NCBI GenBank assembly: GCA_002189035.1
Contig: NEEC01000012.1
Location: 2,542,001 to 2,606,000, forward strand
Direction: 5' to 3'
Length of the DNA: 64,000 bases
Source of the DNA: Utricularia gibba
Taxonomy: Eukaryota > Plantae > Magnoliophyta
Shown here: one piece after another, positions 52,917 to 64,000 of the stretch
Layout: each line of letters begins with the position of its first letter
Numbering within the stretch: the first letter of the stretch is position 1
Translations under genes and position numbers: made by a program
The notes under the pieces: generated by a model
Seen by the model: the letters and a program-made list of their open reading frames with translations, nothing else
What the model was told of the DNA's origin: nothing
Database searches by the model: none

Positions 52917-53480
52917 ATGGGTTTGTCGATCGACTTCTCCGGCGGAGAGTGCTCTCATCCTCACACCCACAAAGTATTCATCCTCACGAACTACGTCCTC
53001 CTGGGCGCCGCCTCAAGCTGCATCTTCCTCACCCTTTCTCTCCGCCTCTTCCCCTCCCTCGTCGGCTTCCTCCTGATCCTTCTCCACGCAATCACAATCG
53101 CCGGCGCCATCTCCGGCTGCGCCGCCGCCTCACGGTCCGCATCCTCCGCCGGGAAATTCTACGGCGCCCACATGGTGGCTACTGTTCTAACTGCCATCTT
53201 TCAGGGATCCGTGTCTGTCCTGATATTCACGAGGCCCTCTGACTTCCTGGGGCACTTGAAGTCGTACGTGAGGGAGGAAGATGGTGTGGTGATTCTGAAA
53301 CTCGCAGGGGGGCTCTGCGTCCTGATGTTCTGTCTGGAATGGGTTGTGCTCACGCTTGCCTTCTTCTTGAATTACTATGCTTACATGGAGAGGAAGGGGA
53401 TCAATGGCGGAAGCACCAGGAGTGCAAAGGTGGGAGATGAAGAGGATATCAAGAACTGGCCATGGCCTTTTCAGGTCTAA
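52917..53480 (+). CDS. Small multi-pass membrane protein (AT5G16250/AT3G02640-like), intact right copy, intronless
   Basis: HKVFILTNYVLLGAASSCIFLTLSLRL; YGAHMVATVLTAIFQGSVSVLIFTR; LKSYVREEDG.VILKL.GGL; WPWPFQV*. Confidence 0.9.
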   Translation: MGLSIDFSGGECSHPHTHKVFILTNYVLLGAASSCIFLTLSLRLFPSLVGFLLILLHAITIAGAISGCAAASRSASSAGKFYGAHMVATVLTAIFQGSVSVLIFTRPSDFLGHLKSYVREEDGVVILKLAGGLCVLMFCLEWVVLTLAFFLNYYAYMERKGINGGSTRSAKVGDEEDIKNWPWPFQV

Positions 53481-54046
53481 GTGAACAAACACAAAGGGCA
53501 TGTTGTTACCGTATTTTTTGATCCAGTACAGGTTCTTTGATTTGTTTCCTGTGTGTCTTCTGCTTTACTGGATGAAGAAAGAACATTCTCTGTGTTAGAT
53601 AACACCATGCTTCCAAATAGAACATCACATCAAGGGGGAGAGGTGTTTTCATTGGATCCAAAAGTGTCCAATCGGAGGTTGTGGGGGGGGGGGAGTTTCA
53701 AGTCGCGGCGGTGCAACTCCGCGGGCTCCTGGAAATGTACACTAAAAAGCCACAAAGCAATGGAAAGCATAAGGTCTGAGCCCCCAAACCATTGCCTTTG
53801 TTTGTATATTCCAAGAGACACTATTATGCATTGCAATGTCACGATAAAGAAGCAGAGGCTACCTTGTAACATGTAATTCTCAGTCATCACCATGTTAAAA
53901 ATAAACACGGGGAAGTACGGTCACCTGGATACATAGCAGCCGCCTCTGTTTCCAATAAGTTGGAGAATGCGGGTCGTTAAGACTTCCCCTTGAAATGGGG
54001 CACAAAAGAATTTTCGTTTTTGTATGTGGGGAGTTCGGGACGGGCG

Positions 54047-57000
54047 TTATTCTACTCCGGCTGCTTCAGTGCCTTCCTTCTGATTGGCTAACTTGATGAT
54101 GTCTTCCACGAGTATCTTACCGTCTGTAGCAAAAGTCGACGCATTAAAAAGGAAATCCAGAACATGAAAGGAAACTCCAATCCTAAAATGACAAACCTCT
54201 ATCCTTGGATAGATTCCCAATAAGTTCTTGAATCCCTTCTTTATCTATGGTGTCCTTCAGGTAGTGAGCAGCAGCTGCAACCTCCTCGGGAGTTACTTTG
54301 CCATCATAGTCCCTGGGTATCACGAAAAATATACTATAAATACGTAATTGGAGAAAAAATGATGTGGCCAGGCATTTCAGATCAATGATGATATTGGGTT
54401 TGGCTATCATAATGCTAGTAATCATAATAATTCAGCTCGACGAAGAATAAATTTAGTTGCAGCAGATTCTGGTACCTATCAAGAAGACGCCACCGGTCAC
54501 CTATTGTGGAATCAACATGATCTATCTCCTTTTCAAGCTTGTGCAACATGGCATCAACCTGAAACGAGCAAATACAATCAAGCATGTGTGATGACTCTTG
54601 GAACTCCAACCAAAATCCCAAATGTATTCGGTCATCAAAGGATACTGAGTGAGGAAACTAAGTTGTCTATACCCGGTTTATAAGTGCTGCGGATAATTTT
54701 TCCCCAGGAGCCAACTCATCGGCATTATTGGAGTCATCCCTCGCAGCTACGTATGCTTTCATGGCAGCGGCTTCCTCGTCTATACCCTCTTTTTCCACCA
54801 TACTGTTATAGAGCTCTATCTATACAATGAACACTGACTGTTAAACAATGAAAGTGTACTCCAAAGAGCAGGAATTGAATAAATAAAAATTTCCTATTTT
54901 TTTGTAAAGGCATAAAAAGAGCATTGCAACAGAAGTGAAGAAAAGAGGGAGTTGAGGAAGAATGGAGGAAATGAGGTGTATTATCATTAAATAATACACT
55001 TCATAAAGCACTTCTCGCCTCGATGAAACAAGCGCAGCTTACCTCTTTGTTAACAAGTCCTAAGAACTCTTCTCGCTCCCTGCTCACAGACTGAACGGTA
55101 AAAAAAAAAAAAACACAAGAATTATGGCACGATGCTACAGGGTGTATACAAAAGTACGACTCATTAAATTAATCCTGACCGATGCTGATGCTAATACAGC
55201 CAATGCACGACTGAACTCAGAAAGTTGCTCTTGCTTGTCACGCAGTTTTTCTGTGACCCGCTCCTTTTCTTCTTTTGATGTCGCCATAATCATTTCTTCT
55301 AAGGCCACATCTTTCTGTGAAGTGGAAGACTCTTTTAACCTAGCCTCAAGCTCTTCTCTCTCCTCCTCCTCCTGCAATATGCAATTTTCACTCGCACAGG
55401 TAGAAAAATAGAAGGATGCAAAATAAAGAACCGTAACAAGGAAGTGATACAAATCATGCATTCAAAAACATCTAAAATACTTGGTTTGAGAAAAAAGACA
55501 AATGATAGACGTAACATCAACTCAAGAAAAAAAAAGTACAAATGCCTTCAGAAAAGCTACAATCAGATATTGTAAAACTTATACCAGTATTTTGCGACAA
55601 AAAAAAAAAGAAAACGTAAAGCCTAGCCTCGACAACATCAATGGTTGCTGCATAAATACAGCATTTACACGTAGTACCTATATAGAACAAGAATTTCCAG
55701 GTAATAAATGAAACATTAATTGTAACTAAACCTTGATTAATTCCTCCTGCATCTCCAGGAACTCCAACTTTCTCCTCTTTTCTGAGACAGAATCTTCAGA
55801 TGGAAGTGCTGTGACTCCAACAGTGTCCACCACCTCATCAGGAAGTGATGAAAGCGTAGCCTGAACAGCCTCCTCTGGCTTCACCTTACCGACACACTGA
55901 ATGCTCTGTATTCATCAATATGAAAAAAAAAGAGAAACAAAAGTAATAAGTTTCTTCATAAAACAAAAAGGTCTAAATATCTATATAGAATGGGTTACCT
56001 AGAGAGGATTAACAAGGATGATGGAAGAGCATGATTAAGAGATAAGTCCAACCAATCATGAAGCTGCAGATAAAGGGAAATGTCAGGTGAAGAAATGGAG
56101 GCATTAGGCTTAAAACCATCCACAGAGTTGGAGAAACAGAACACCCCATTGCGCATATTTTTCCTTACAGTATCCATTAACATAAAACACACTAAATTGA
56201 AAAGATCAAGACACCTGCTTTCTCATTTCCTCAACAGAGAGAAGACCAAGCAATCCACGATCCCGACATGCTTGGCGGAGCTCCTCTTCAGAAAGGCTCT
56301 CAAGGCCCTCAACTTGAATCATTTTGTCATCCTGCTTTATTCTGGAATAAGAAAATGACTCAGTTTTGTCATTGTTTCAGAAGCATTACAAATCATTCCA
56401 CCAAAATGCAGACATGAAACTGTTATACATTGAAAAATATCTTACTTTTTAAGTTTATTCCGAAGCATGAAGCGAAGATATGCATCAGTACCTATGCCTA
56501 TGGTACCAATACCCATATATTTGCACATGGTCAGCAACCGGGGTCTGCATCACAAATTCTAAGACAATCAGATAATCTGGCGCCTGTGCAAAACCGATTA
56601 CTGTAATAACAAAACCAGAAACTGAACAGAGGTTCAAGGAATAAATTCAGGTTGCCTGCTGATGTTGTCCAGTGTGAGCTCATCATTGAACAGCTTCGCA
56701 AAACCCAGGATTTCCTCATTAGAGACTTGAGAGCCTGTTCTGACCTGGTGCAGCATCCAAAAGGTGATTGTTTGGAGAGTGGACTAGGAAGCAAATTCCA
56801 AACATAGAAGCTGGAAGAACTGCCAGAGATAGGATTTTCTAAATACAGTGCTAGGTATTTTTTGGAGACCTTGTTCATGAACTCATCAAGATCTTCAGCT
56901 GTTTTCTTTGTTTCTCCACTTCTTGTGTTCTGAACTTCCTTCGCCATCTCTTTCACAGTTTCCTGGAGAAACTTCGCATACTCTATCCTTGCATTCAATC

Positions 57001-58629
57001 TTTTTTTAAGGGCTTCCTGCGATTGATATATCATTGCAGTGAATCTTAAAAAGACACAGAAATATACAATGACGAAAAGAAACATGGTAACTCTAAACAG
57101 GAGGCTTTTTTCTAAGATGTGCGCGTTCTATGTCAGAATAGAGAGGACTTTAAAGAAAAGGGATTGTTTTTCTACAATATTTATCTTCTCAGTCAAAAAT
57201 TCCTTCTCAATGTCAATTATAACAAAGAAAAGGATTATTTTCCAGTTATGCAGATAGCTAAATTTTATCAATGATTAGGCTAGGCAATTAGCATAAAAAT
57301 TAGGCTACTTAAATAAAAATCAGTAAATGAAAAAATGGAGATAGCCTAAACTAGTAATACATGCAATTTCATAGAAGGACTAAAAGAAAGCCTAAAGATT
57401 GATTTACTCCAGGTGAAAGATAAGAGAAATAAAAGGTAATGGTTTATTCTGCATGATACATATGTGTTAGCTAGTGACACAATGGACTGTTAGTAACTGA
57501 TCAGAACAGCCCCAAGGCACTTAAGCTAATTACAGTTTTCATACATGCAGAATAGTGAATAACCAAGCACCTCACTTATGGCAATTTTGCAGAAGGAAAT
57601 ACATGCATATGTGCGAGAACATATCACCATTATTAAAGTAGATTCACCTGTTCTTTCATCTTATCCTGAAAGGTTGACGGTAACATGTTTGGAAATAGTT
57701 TTAGAAACACGGGAAGCAAGAATTCCATGAAAGGAACTATAATGAATACAGCGAAAGGACCCAGCCTGAAAATATCAGATGCTGTTCTTGTGAGCTGCTG
57801 TCTCTCTCTCCTCGAAAGTGTCTTCCCTCTAGCCACCTTTGATAAGAGCCTCACGCATATTCTAGTGTCAGCCCACAGTAGCTTTGTTCCAAGCCAGTAG
57901 TGCTTTAATGTATTCATAAACTCATCTTTCCAGTGAATCAATTTTTTGGCCCAATCTTCTCTGTAATAAGATCAAATCATTAAGCGGCAAGGAGATACAA
58001 ATCCTTGAATTAAAATTTTGATATAGATTTATAACCTGCTCATAGAGGCTACAGCTCTTAAGGCTGGACCGATTCCTAAAATCATAGCCCAAACCTTCTT
58101 CAGGGTAGAAGCAAGAACCCCTTCTGAGAATCTTGCAGCTTCTTCGATTTGGCTTTTGCCTTGGCTTTGACAGAACCCAAATCTTCAACTGCAAGATCAC
58201 ACTCTTCCGGAGAAGGTTCTTTCTTCACCTTAACAACTGGTTCTTCCTTATCATCACTACCCCCTAACTTCGGCTGTGCTGCTGCCGTTGAAAAATAATG
58301 TACATCTCTCGACGAACTAAATTCCCATCTAAAAAAATCCCTAGTAACTCCAACCCCATAATGTGAAAAAGGAACCCGAGTAAACCAAGACCGAATTGAC
58401 TTGGAATCAAAGCTCGTTGTGCAGCCGGTTTTGCTACACATCGGTCATCGTCCTTCCTCACGTGTTTAGAGCTCAGGGGCTGAGTCTCTTTAGAATCCCA
58501 GCTCCGCGAATGCTCATTCTCTGACAACTCCACATTCTTAAAACCCAAAAAATTTTCAACAAGGCAGCGGGACGGGTTAACAGAATCAACCAGGGCCTTT
58601 TTCCTCCTAAAAATTGCTCTCGACGCCAT
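54047..58629 (-). CDS. LETM1: LETM1-like mitochondrial cation/proton exchanger with EF-hand; multi-exon; two apparent 1-nt frameshifts in exon 1
   Basis: MASRAIFRRK; SPEECDLAVE; HYWLGTKLLWAD..LSRRERQQLTRT..PNMLPSTFQDK; DYDGKVTPEEVAAAA; GKILVEDIIKL. Confidence 0.93.
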
Positions 58630-59511
58630 TGGAAATTGCTTCCGTTTCAACTAAGATAGCATATCCCTGAAAACCACAACCACAGCCTACTCTCATTTCG
58701 AGAAAAAAATACATCAGACATCAATCGAAGGAGCGTAACTGAACAAATACACGAAATAATTCTGAAACTCATCATCCAATACCACCGCTAAACATTCTCA
58801 CAAAAACGCAATCCATTTAAACTTCTTCACTGCAACCGTTAAGAAATGATTCAGCTAGAGCATGAAACAGCGAAGCGAATGGATTACCAAATTCACAGAA
58901 CAGGAAACCGACGTCAAAAACCAAAAACTCCACAGCTGGAAACGCCACTTCAAAAATCGAAAAACGAACCTCGCGCAGATCAATCAGCCCAAGAATTATG
59001 TCGCAGTCGGAGTGTTTCAGTTCTGTCCTGATGCTTGTAGAACAAGTCCAATTTCCCCTGCAGACTGAATGCAGGTTTATAACTTCCCTTGCCGAAAGCC
59101 CACTATCACCTTTCCTAGGGCGTGCTGTATCCAATCAAATTCATTTTTAACAATTTTTAGCAATAAAAAACATATTTCTTAGTTTTTATATTTTCCTATC
59201 TCCTTTGCTCATAATAATAAAAAAAACTCTTTTTTTAATTTTTTATTGTCACGTAATTTTAATTAATAAATTCTTTGAAATAAAAAAGTAGATAGATTTA
59301 TTTTTAATCAAATAAAAACGTATTTTAATATTTTGCATATATTTTATTTTTTTCTACCCAAAAAATCATTAATAAAATAAATATGTTAGATATGTGACGT
59401 TAGATATTTTCATATATGAAAGCTGGAGATCTTTTTAATATCACAATTAAAGAATCCATGAAGGAGAAGAATCAGAAGTTTTGCTTTTAAGGATATACAC
59501 ACGATAAGGAG

Positions 59512-59959
59512 ATGCAAAGAGTAACTGGTACCATTGATGAAGATGGGGATGATACCCCAACAAAGATATTTAGGTGTGGACAATGCAAGAAAGTACTCCA
59601 AACGCATCAAGCTCTAGGAGGCCATATGACGAAACATCGATATGATAAACTGAAAGATGGGGATATAGTTAACGACGTTGAGATGATCCAAGCGACAGAG
59701 ACATTATTGCTTCTTAAACATGGATGGCAGCCAAAAGCCATTGTAAATAAACAAGGGGATACAAGAAACTAGTGAAAAACCCCACTTTTATATCAATATT
59801 ACAGCTACTGAATTGGAAGAGAATGGGGGTTGCATGTGCAAGGTATGTAAAGAAATATTTGAAACACATCAAGTGTTGGCAGGCCATATGACGAGAGATA
59901 CCGAGGAGAAAAGTGAGAGGGGAATGGAATGGAAGGATGGTTGGATTTCATCCCGCTGA
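59512..59959 (+). pseudogene. Degenerate two-finger QALGGH-type C2H2 zinc-finger gene (ZAT/EPF-like), interrupted by a frameshift
   Basis: Finger 1: CGQCKKVLQTHQALGGHMTKH. After a frame change at the G-run 59755-59758, finger 2: CKVCKEIFETHQVLAGHMTRD (last His lost). Confidence 0.65.
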
Positions 59960-61445
59960 TGTTGCAAGGATGCTCCTATTGATTTAGAATTAAGATTGTA
60001 ATGTGTGTGTGTTTTTGTTTTGAAGAAGAAGAATCTATAAAAGTTTTTATATTTATGTCTTTTGTTCAACAATTCTTTTGATCATTTCCAATTTCTTGAG
60101 TACCACAATTTGCTCTTATTATATTTGCTTCACTCATTATTGTCTTTGTGTTCGATACACTTGAATTTCTTACAGTATTGTTATTTATCATGGTAATTAG
60201 ACAACATATCATCATCCTTTTCATGAGGACAAAGCTTCAACTTGTCCAGCTTTTTCTAGTTCCACAGCTCTTGCTTGTGCTTTTTTGGCCTTCCTTAAGA
60301 GCATCCTGGTTCCATTGATGAACTGATGAATAGAAGCAACCGTGTATATGATGCATATGGAGTTTTGAAAAAGTATAATATCTTTGTCTTCATTGTCATT
60401 TTTTGTTCATTTTCATGTTCACAATCCGTTGCAGTTCTCTGTGGCGTTGCAGTTTTCATGTTTCCATTTCAAATAGAGATCGGATAATCATTAAGTCTGC
60501 ATGAAGAAATCCAACGAATCTGTGCAATGGAAGTATTGAGAGATGGAGAAGAGCATGAAGTCATCGTCACCCTCCAACCTGTTGCAGTCTCTTGTCCCAT
60601 TTACATGATATTAACTTTTGATCATTGTCCAAGCTTTCTGTAAAACCAGTTGCAGTTTCTTGTTCCTGCTCACCAATTTCATAAGCTACTAGTTTCTGCT
60701 GGTCTCGTCTTTGCACCATTGATGCAGCCATATCTTCATGAGTAGGGAGAAGATGCGTACAATAGACTATGTGAACGAGCACTCAAAGAGACACCGCAGA
60801 ACGCTGCTCAAAAGCTTGTCATCCTCTCCCACGAAGCAATGTAGTACCTGCATCTTTCGAGAAGAAATGTTTCCAAGAAGAAAAAAATGACAAGAGACAC
60901 AAGTTTGAAGGCGGCTTCTCTGATTCATTGTTCGGTGTACACAGTAAACACCTTCACCGTGCGAATGGTAACCACAGAGAAGGTTAGGGTTGACAAATCC
61001 TCCACCAAACTGCCCCGTTGTGCTGTAAAATGGATGATTTGACCAGGAGTGGGGAACTTGGGAGTGAGCTCGTTATCTTTAGTGGAGAGGGACGTCACAG
61101 TGCTGCTCATTTGCAAGTTGACGGTGGGCAATAAATACCCTTGACCACCATTGAAGACGTGCGGCGGAAATCAAGGGCGGTAAAAAGGTAAATTTTCTGT
61201 CAAAAACTTGCTCGGTTTCCAACACCATACCAAAGTGAATAGTTTTTGTTTCCAGTGCTGCTGCAAAGGACATCAATCAGGTACTGAGGTGTCTGATAAA
61301 CATTGACCAGACTTCATGTAATGAGCCAAGAAAACATTGTCCCGACTCATCTTCTTCATTCATCCTCACCGCTTTCTATCTGCTTCTCTTTTCCCCTCGT
61401 GCTGTGTGTTCGCTTTCTCCTACACTGCAACTCCCTTTTTGCATC

Positions 61446-62252
61446 ATGGCTGCCACTGCTGCTGCTGTAAGCTTCCCATTCTTATCACAAATCTGTTTCT
61501 TTCATACCCATTACCCAGTTTTCTTTTGTTTTTTCATTCTCTGTCTTTGTCCTAGGATGATTTCTTCTCATGGGGGCAGATTCAGATTCCTGCATTTGGA
61601 GACTGGGAGACGACAAACCAACTTCCCATAACTCAGTATTTCGAATGCGCAAGGCAAGCTGGTTTACTTCGCTGTAGCTGCTCTGTGCCTGAAGATTGTG
61701 CCTATCGCCTGCTCTTCTACGGCTCGCAGGGTCGCAGGATTTATGAACCAAAGGTTGAGTTTTTGAGATCTTGTTCTTTTTCCCTTCTTTTTTTTCACTG
61801 TTTCTGTGATAAAAATGTAATCTTCAGATAAGCGAGCCAAGTTTCAGTAGAGATCCTTCTTCCAAGAAACAAGCAAATCAGGGGACGAGACAAAGCTCCG
61901 GCCAACTATCCTCCGTCACCGTCATGCCGGTGGATGAGGATCTCTACAAGATCTCTCCGGGGGTTCTCCGAAAAACCAAGCGAGTAAGTCATTTTTCTTT
62001 TTCACAAAATCACACAGAAACGACAAACCCACAACCTTTTTGGGTTCCTTTCCAAGTTCTCTTTCAAAGATTGAAACTTTTGAGGGTAAATGTCTAGAAA
62101 AGTTGGTGAAAAGATTGTGCACTTTTCAAGAATCCATGAAAAGAAGAGTAACCCATTCCACGCTTTTGATGTGCTGTTGTTTATCCAAAAAAATGCAGAA
62201 GAAGATGCTGGGTTTCTTCTCACGATGCATAGCGCCGCCCTGCAATGCGTGA
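61446..62252 (+). CDS. Small protein with AvrRpt2-cleavage/RIN4-like PAFGDW motif; 4 exons
   Basis: MAATAAA / DDFFSWGQIQIPAFGDWETTNQLPITQYFECARQAGLLR.. / ..PVDEDLYKISP..KTKR / KKMLGFFSRCIAPPCNA*, with GT-AG junctions. Confidence 0.85.
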
Positions 62253-64000
62253 AATGAAGCTTGGGGCGCTTCAGGGAACACAAGTAGTCAGCGTTGAAGC
62301 CAAGAAGCCATGGGTCGATCAGCATAATCAGTATCTATGAAACCCTTCAAGATTTTCCCCGAGTTGTAGATATTGATTCTGCTGAACTCCGCGAATTTAG
62401 TTGAACGCACGCACAGATCAAAGAACTGCAATTCTGTAGGCAAACATTTACCAGAAACAATGGCGACGCTCCATTTATCCGGTCTGCTGGAGAACCGCCC
62501 GGTTTTGTTTCCGTTTACCCGGTCTAAGGCTTTTGAACATGCACGGGTTGAGCCTTGATGGGCTGGGCGTAAAGCGGCCGGATGGGCTTGGCCACGGGCT
62601 GACCCGAAACCCGCACCCCAACCGGATGACCGGCGGGTTGACCGTTGGTTATGATTTTGAATGAATGATTTTAATGTTTATCAATTGATAACAAGATCTG
62701 CAAATCATCCTTCTTTCTTCACCTTGCAAGCAATTTGCCCCAAATCTGATTCATTTGTTGACGTTGCTGATTTGCCCCCATCTTGATCCCTGACGTTGAT
62801 AGCTTCACGTTGATGTTTCTGAATACGGTGTAAAATGGAGTCCTCTTGCGGTGTTGTAACGGAGAGAAGTGAAGGTGTTGGGGATTATCGATGTGGGGTG
62901 ATTCTGAGAAAAAGTTCATGTTTTTTCTGTAGATGATAGTCTTGTTGATAGGAGCCGTTATCTGTTCAAGATCAAAGACAGGAGAGTGCATGTTCTTGAT
63001 GTTTTTGATGGAATGGATGGGGAGGCTGGCAGCGCATGATGTGGAATTAGCTGCACAAATTCATGAAAATAATTTAAGCTAGGTATGTTATCTGTGCAGG
63101 CCAGTCCTCAGATCATGGTGCTACTAGATCAAATGCTCCCATTTGTCTTGAAAGTTGCAGGTGTAATGGTACTTGACCTCCCAAAACTCCATTGTCGCTC
63201 CAGTTTCTGTGGGCACTAATTTTCCGCCTGAGAGCACAAACTTCGTGACAGACCAGTGCTGGGTATTCATTCAGATAATGTCCCTCTGTAGCTCTATTTT
63301 GGCTGACATTGCATGCTTTGGGTCCCTCCGTTACCTGCAAGCATTCATATATTGTAAGAAGATAGAATAGGGAGTGTTTGCACATTAATTTTTCTGCCAT
63401 TTTGTGCAAGAAAATATAGTCAACAAGCTTTGGCTGTCTTGGATGAGGACGAAAGAGACTTGAAAGTTGCAGAGTTTTGATAATGATCTCTTATTTCCCT
63501 GTCTTCCCAGCTCATGTGCGATTGCCCCAGAAATGAACGAATCCCCTGTTTTTTCCTACGCATATTCCCCACCTATCTTCCCATAAACGACATTTGTTGC
63601 ATCCTGCGGGAAAATTTTCATCCATGTAAAATTTTACTACCTACCGAACGAGTCTGAGCCGAAACTGAATCCAGGAACGGATAAGCTTTTGTAGGGTTTT
63701 TCAGGGTGGCTTCTTTAGACCAAGTTAAGTTTCCAGGTGATGGAAGCTGGGTATATTTGTTAAGATCAGAGATATGCAGATGCTTATACTCAAGAGTTTG
63801 TCTTCAGCGGATTCAATGGTAATAGTTACACTGATCAGTGCGACCAGTGCTTTTTATACGGTAGACAAGGCACAATTTCTGACATCTTACGTTATTGAAA
63901 CACAACCTGTATTTATGTGCATTTTCTTTATACAATAGTCAATGTTTGTCCTTTATTTTATTAACGTCTGAGCATCTTTGTCCCAATACTAATCAAACGG

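Noticed and set aside
53553-53908. ORFs between the membrane-protein gene and LETM1, with a G11 run
   Set aside because: Non-ATG or weak starts, lying in convergent 3'UTR territory; no motif.

Overview
Eukaryotic plant nuclear DNA (dicot), very gene-dense: about 25 intron-containing genes or gene remnants in 64 kb, with introns mostly 70-110 nt and short AT-rich spacers. This fits a miniaturised genome such as Lentibulariaceae (Utricularia/Genlisea), but that is inference only. Genes in order: TRM/LONGIFOLIA-like DUF4378 (+), GL3/EGL3-type bHLH (-), BLOS3-like (-), deletion-riddled PYRP2-like HAD pseudogene (+), beta-tubulin (+), WAT1/UMAMIT (-), LEA_2/NHL (-), plastid RPS17 (+), N-terminally truncated golgin GC5/TMF-like (+), Aux/IAA (+), NUP35 (-), DUF761/ACRE146-like (-), SHH1-like (-), LYK3-like LysM kinase (-), IQD (+), OXS3-like (-), TIC20-II (-), calreticulin-3 (-), Ycf20-like (-), TMEM62-like metallophosphoesterase (+), an inverted head-to-head pair of small membrane-protein genes, LETM1 (-), a broken two-finger QALGGH C2H2 gene (+) and a small AvrRpt2-cleavage-motif protein (+). 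I found no rRNA, tRNA or CRISPR. The most striking structure is the gene palindrome at 51888-53480: the arms are near-identical over about 500 bp of CDS but have diverged ends, and they flank a 469-bp promoter with five MSA elements. Several apparent frameshifts sit on G/C homopolymers and are probably sequencing errors. All family assignments come from recalled motifs; no database search was run.
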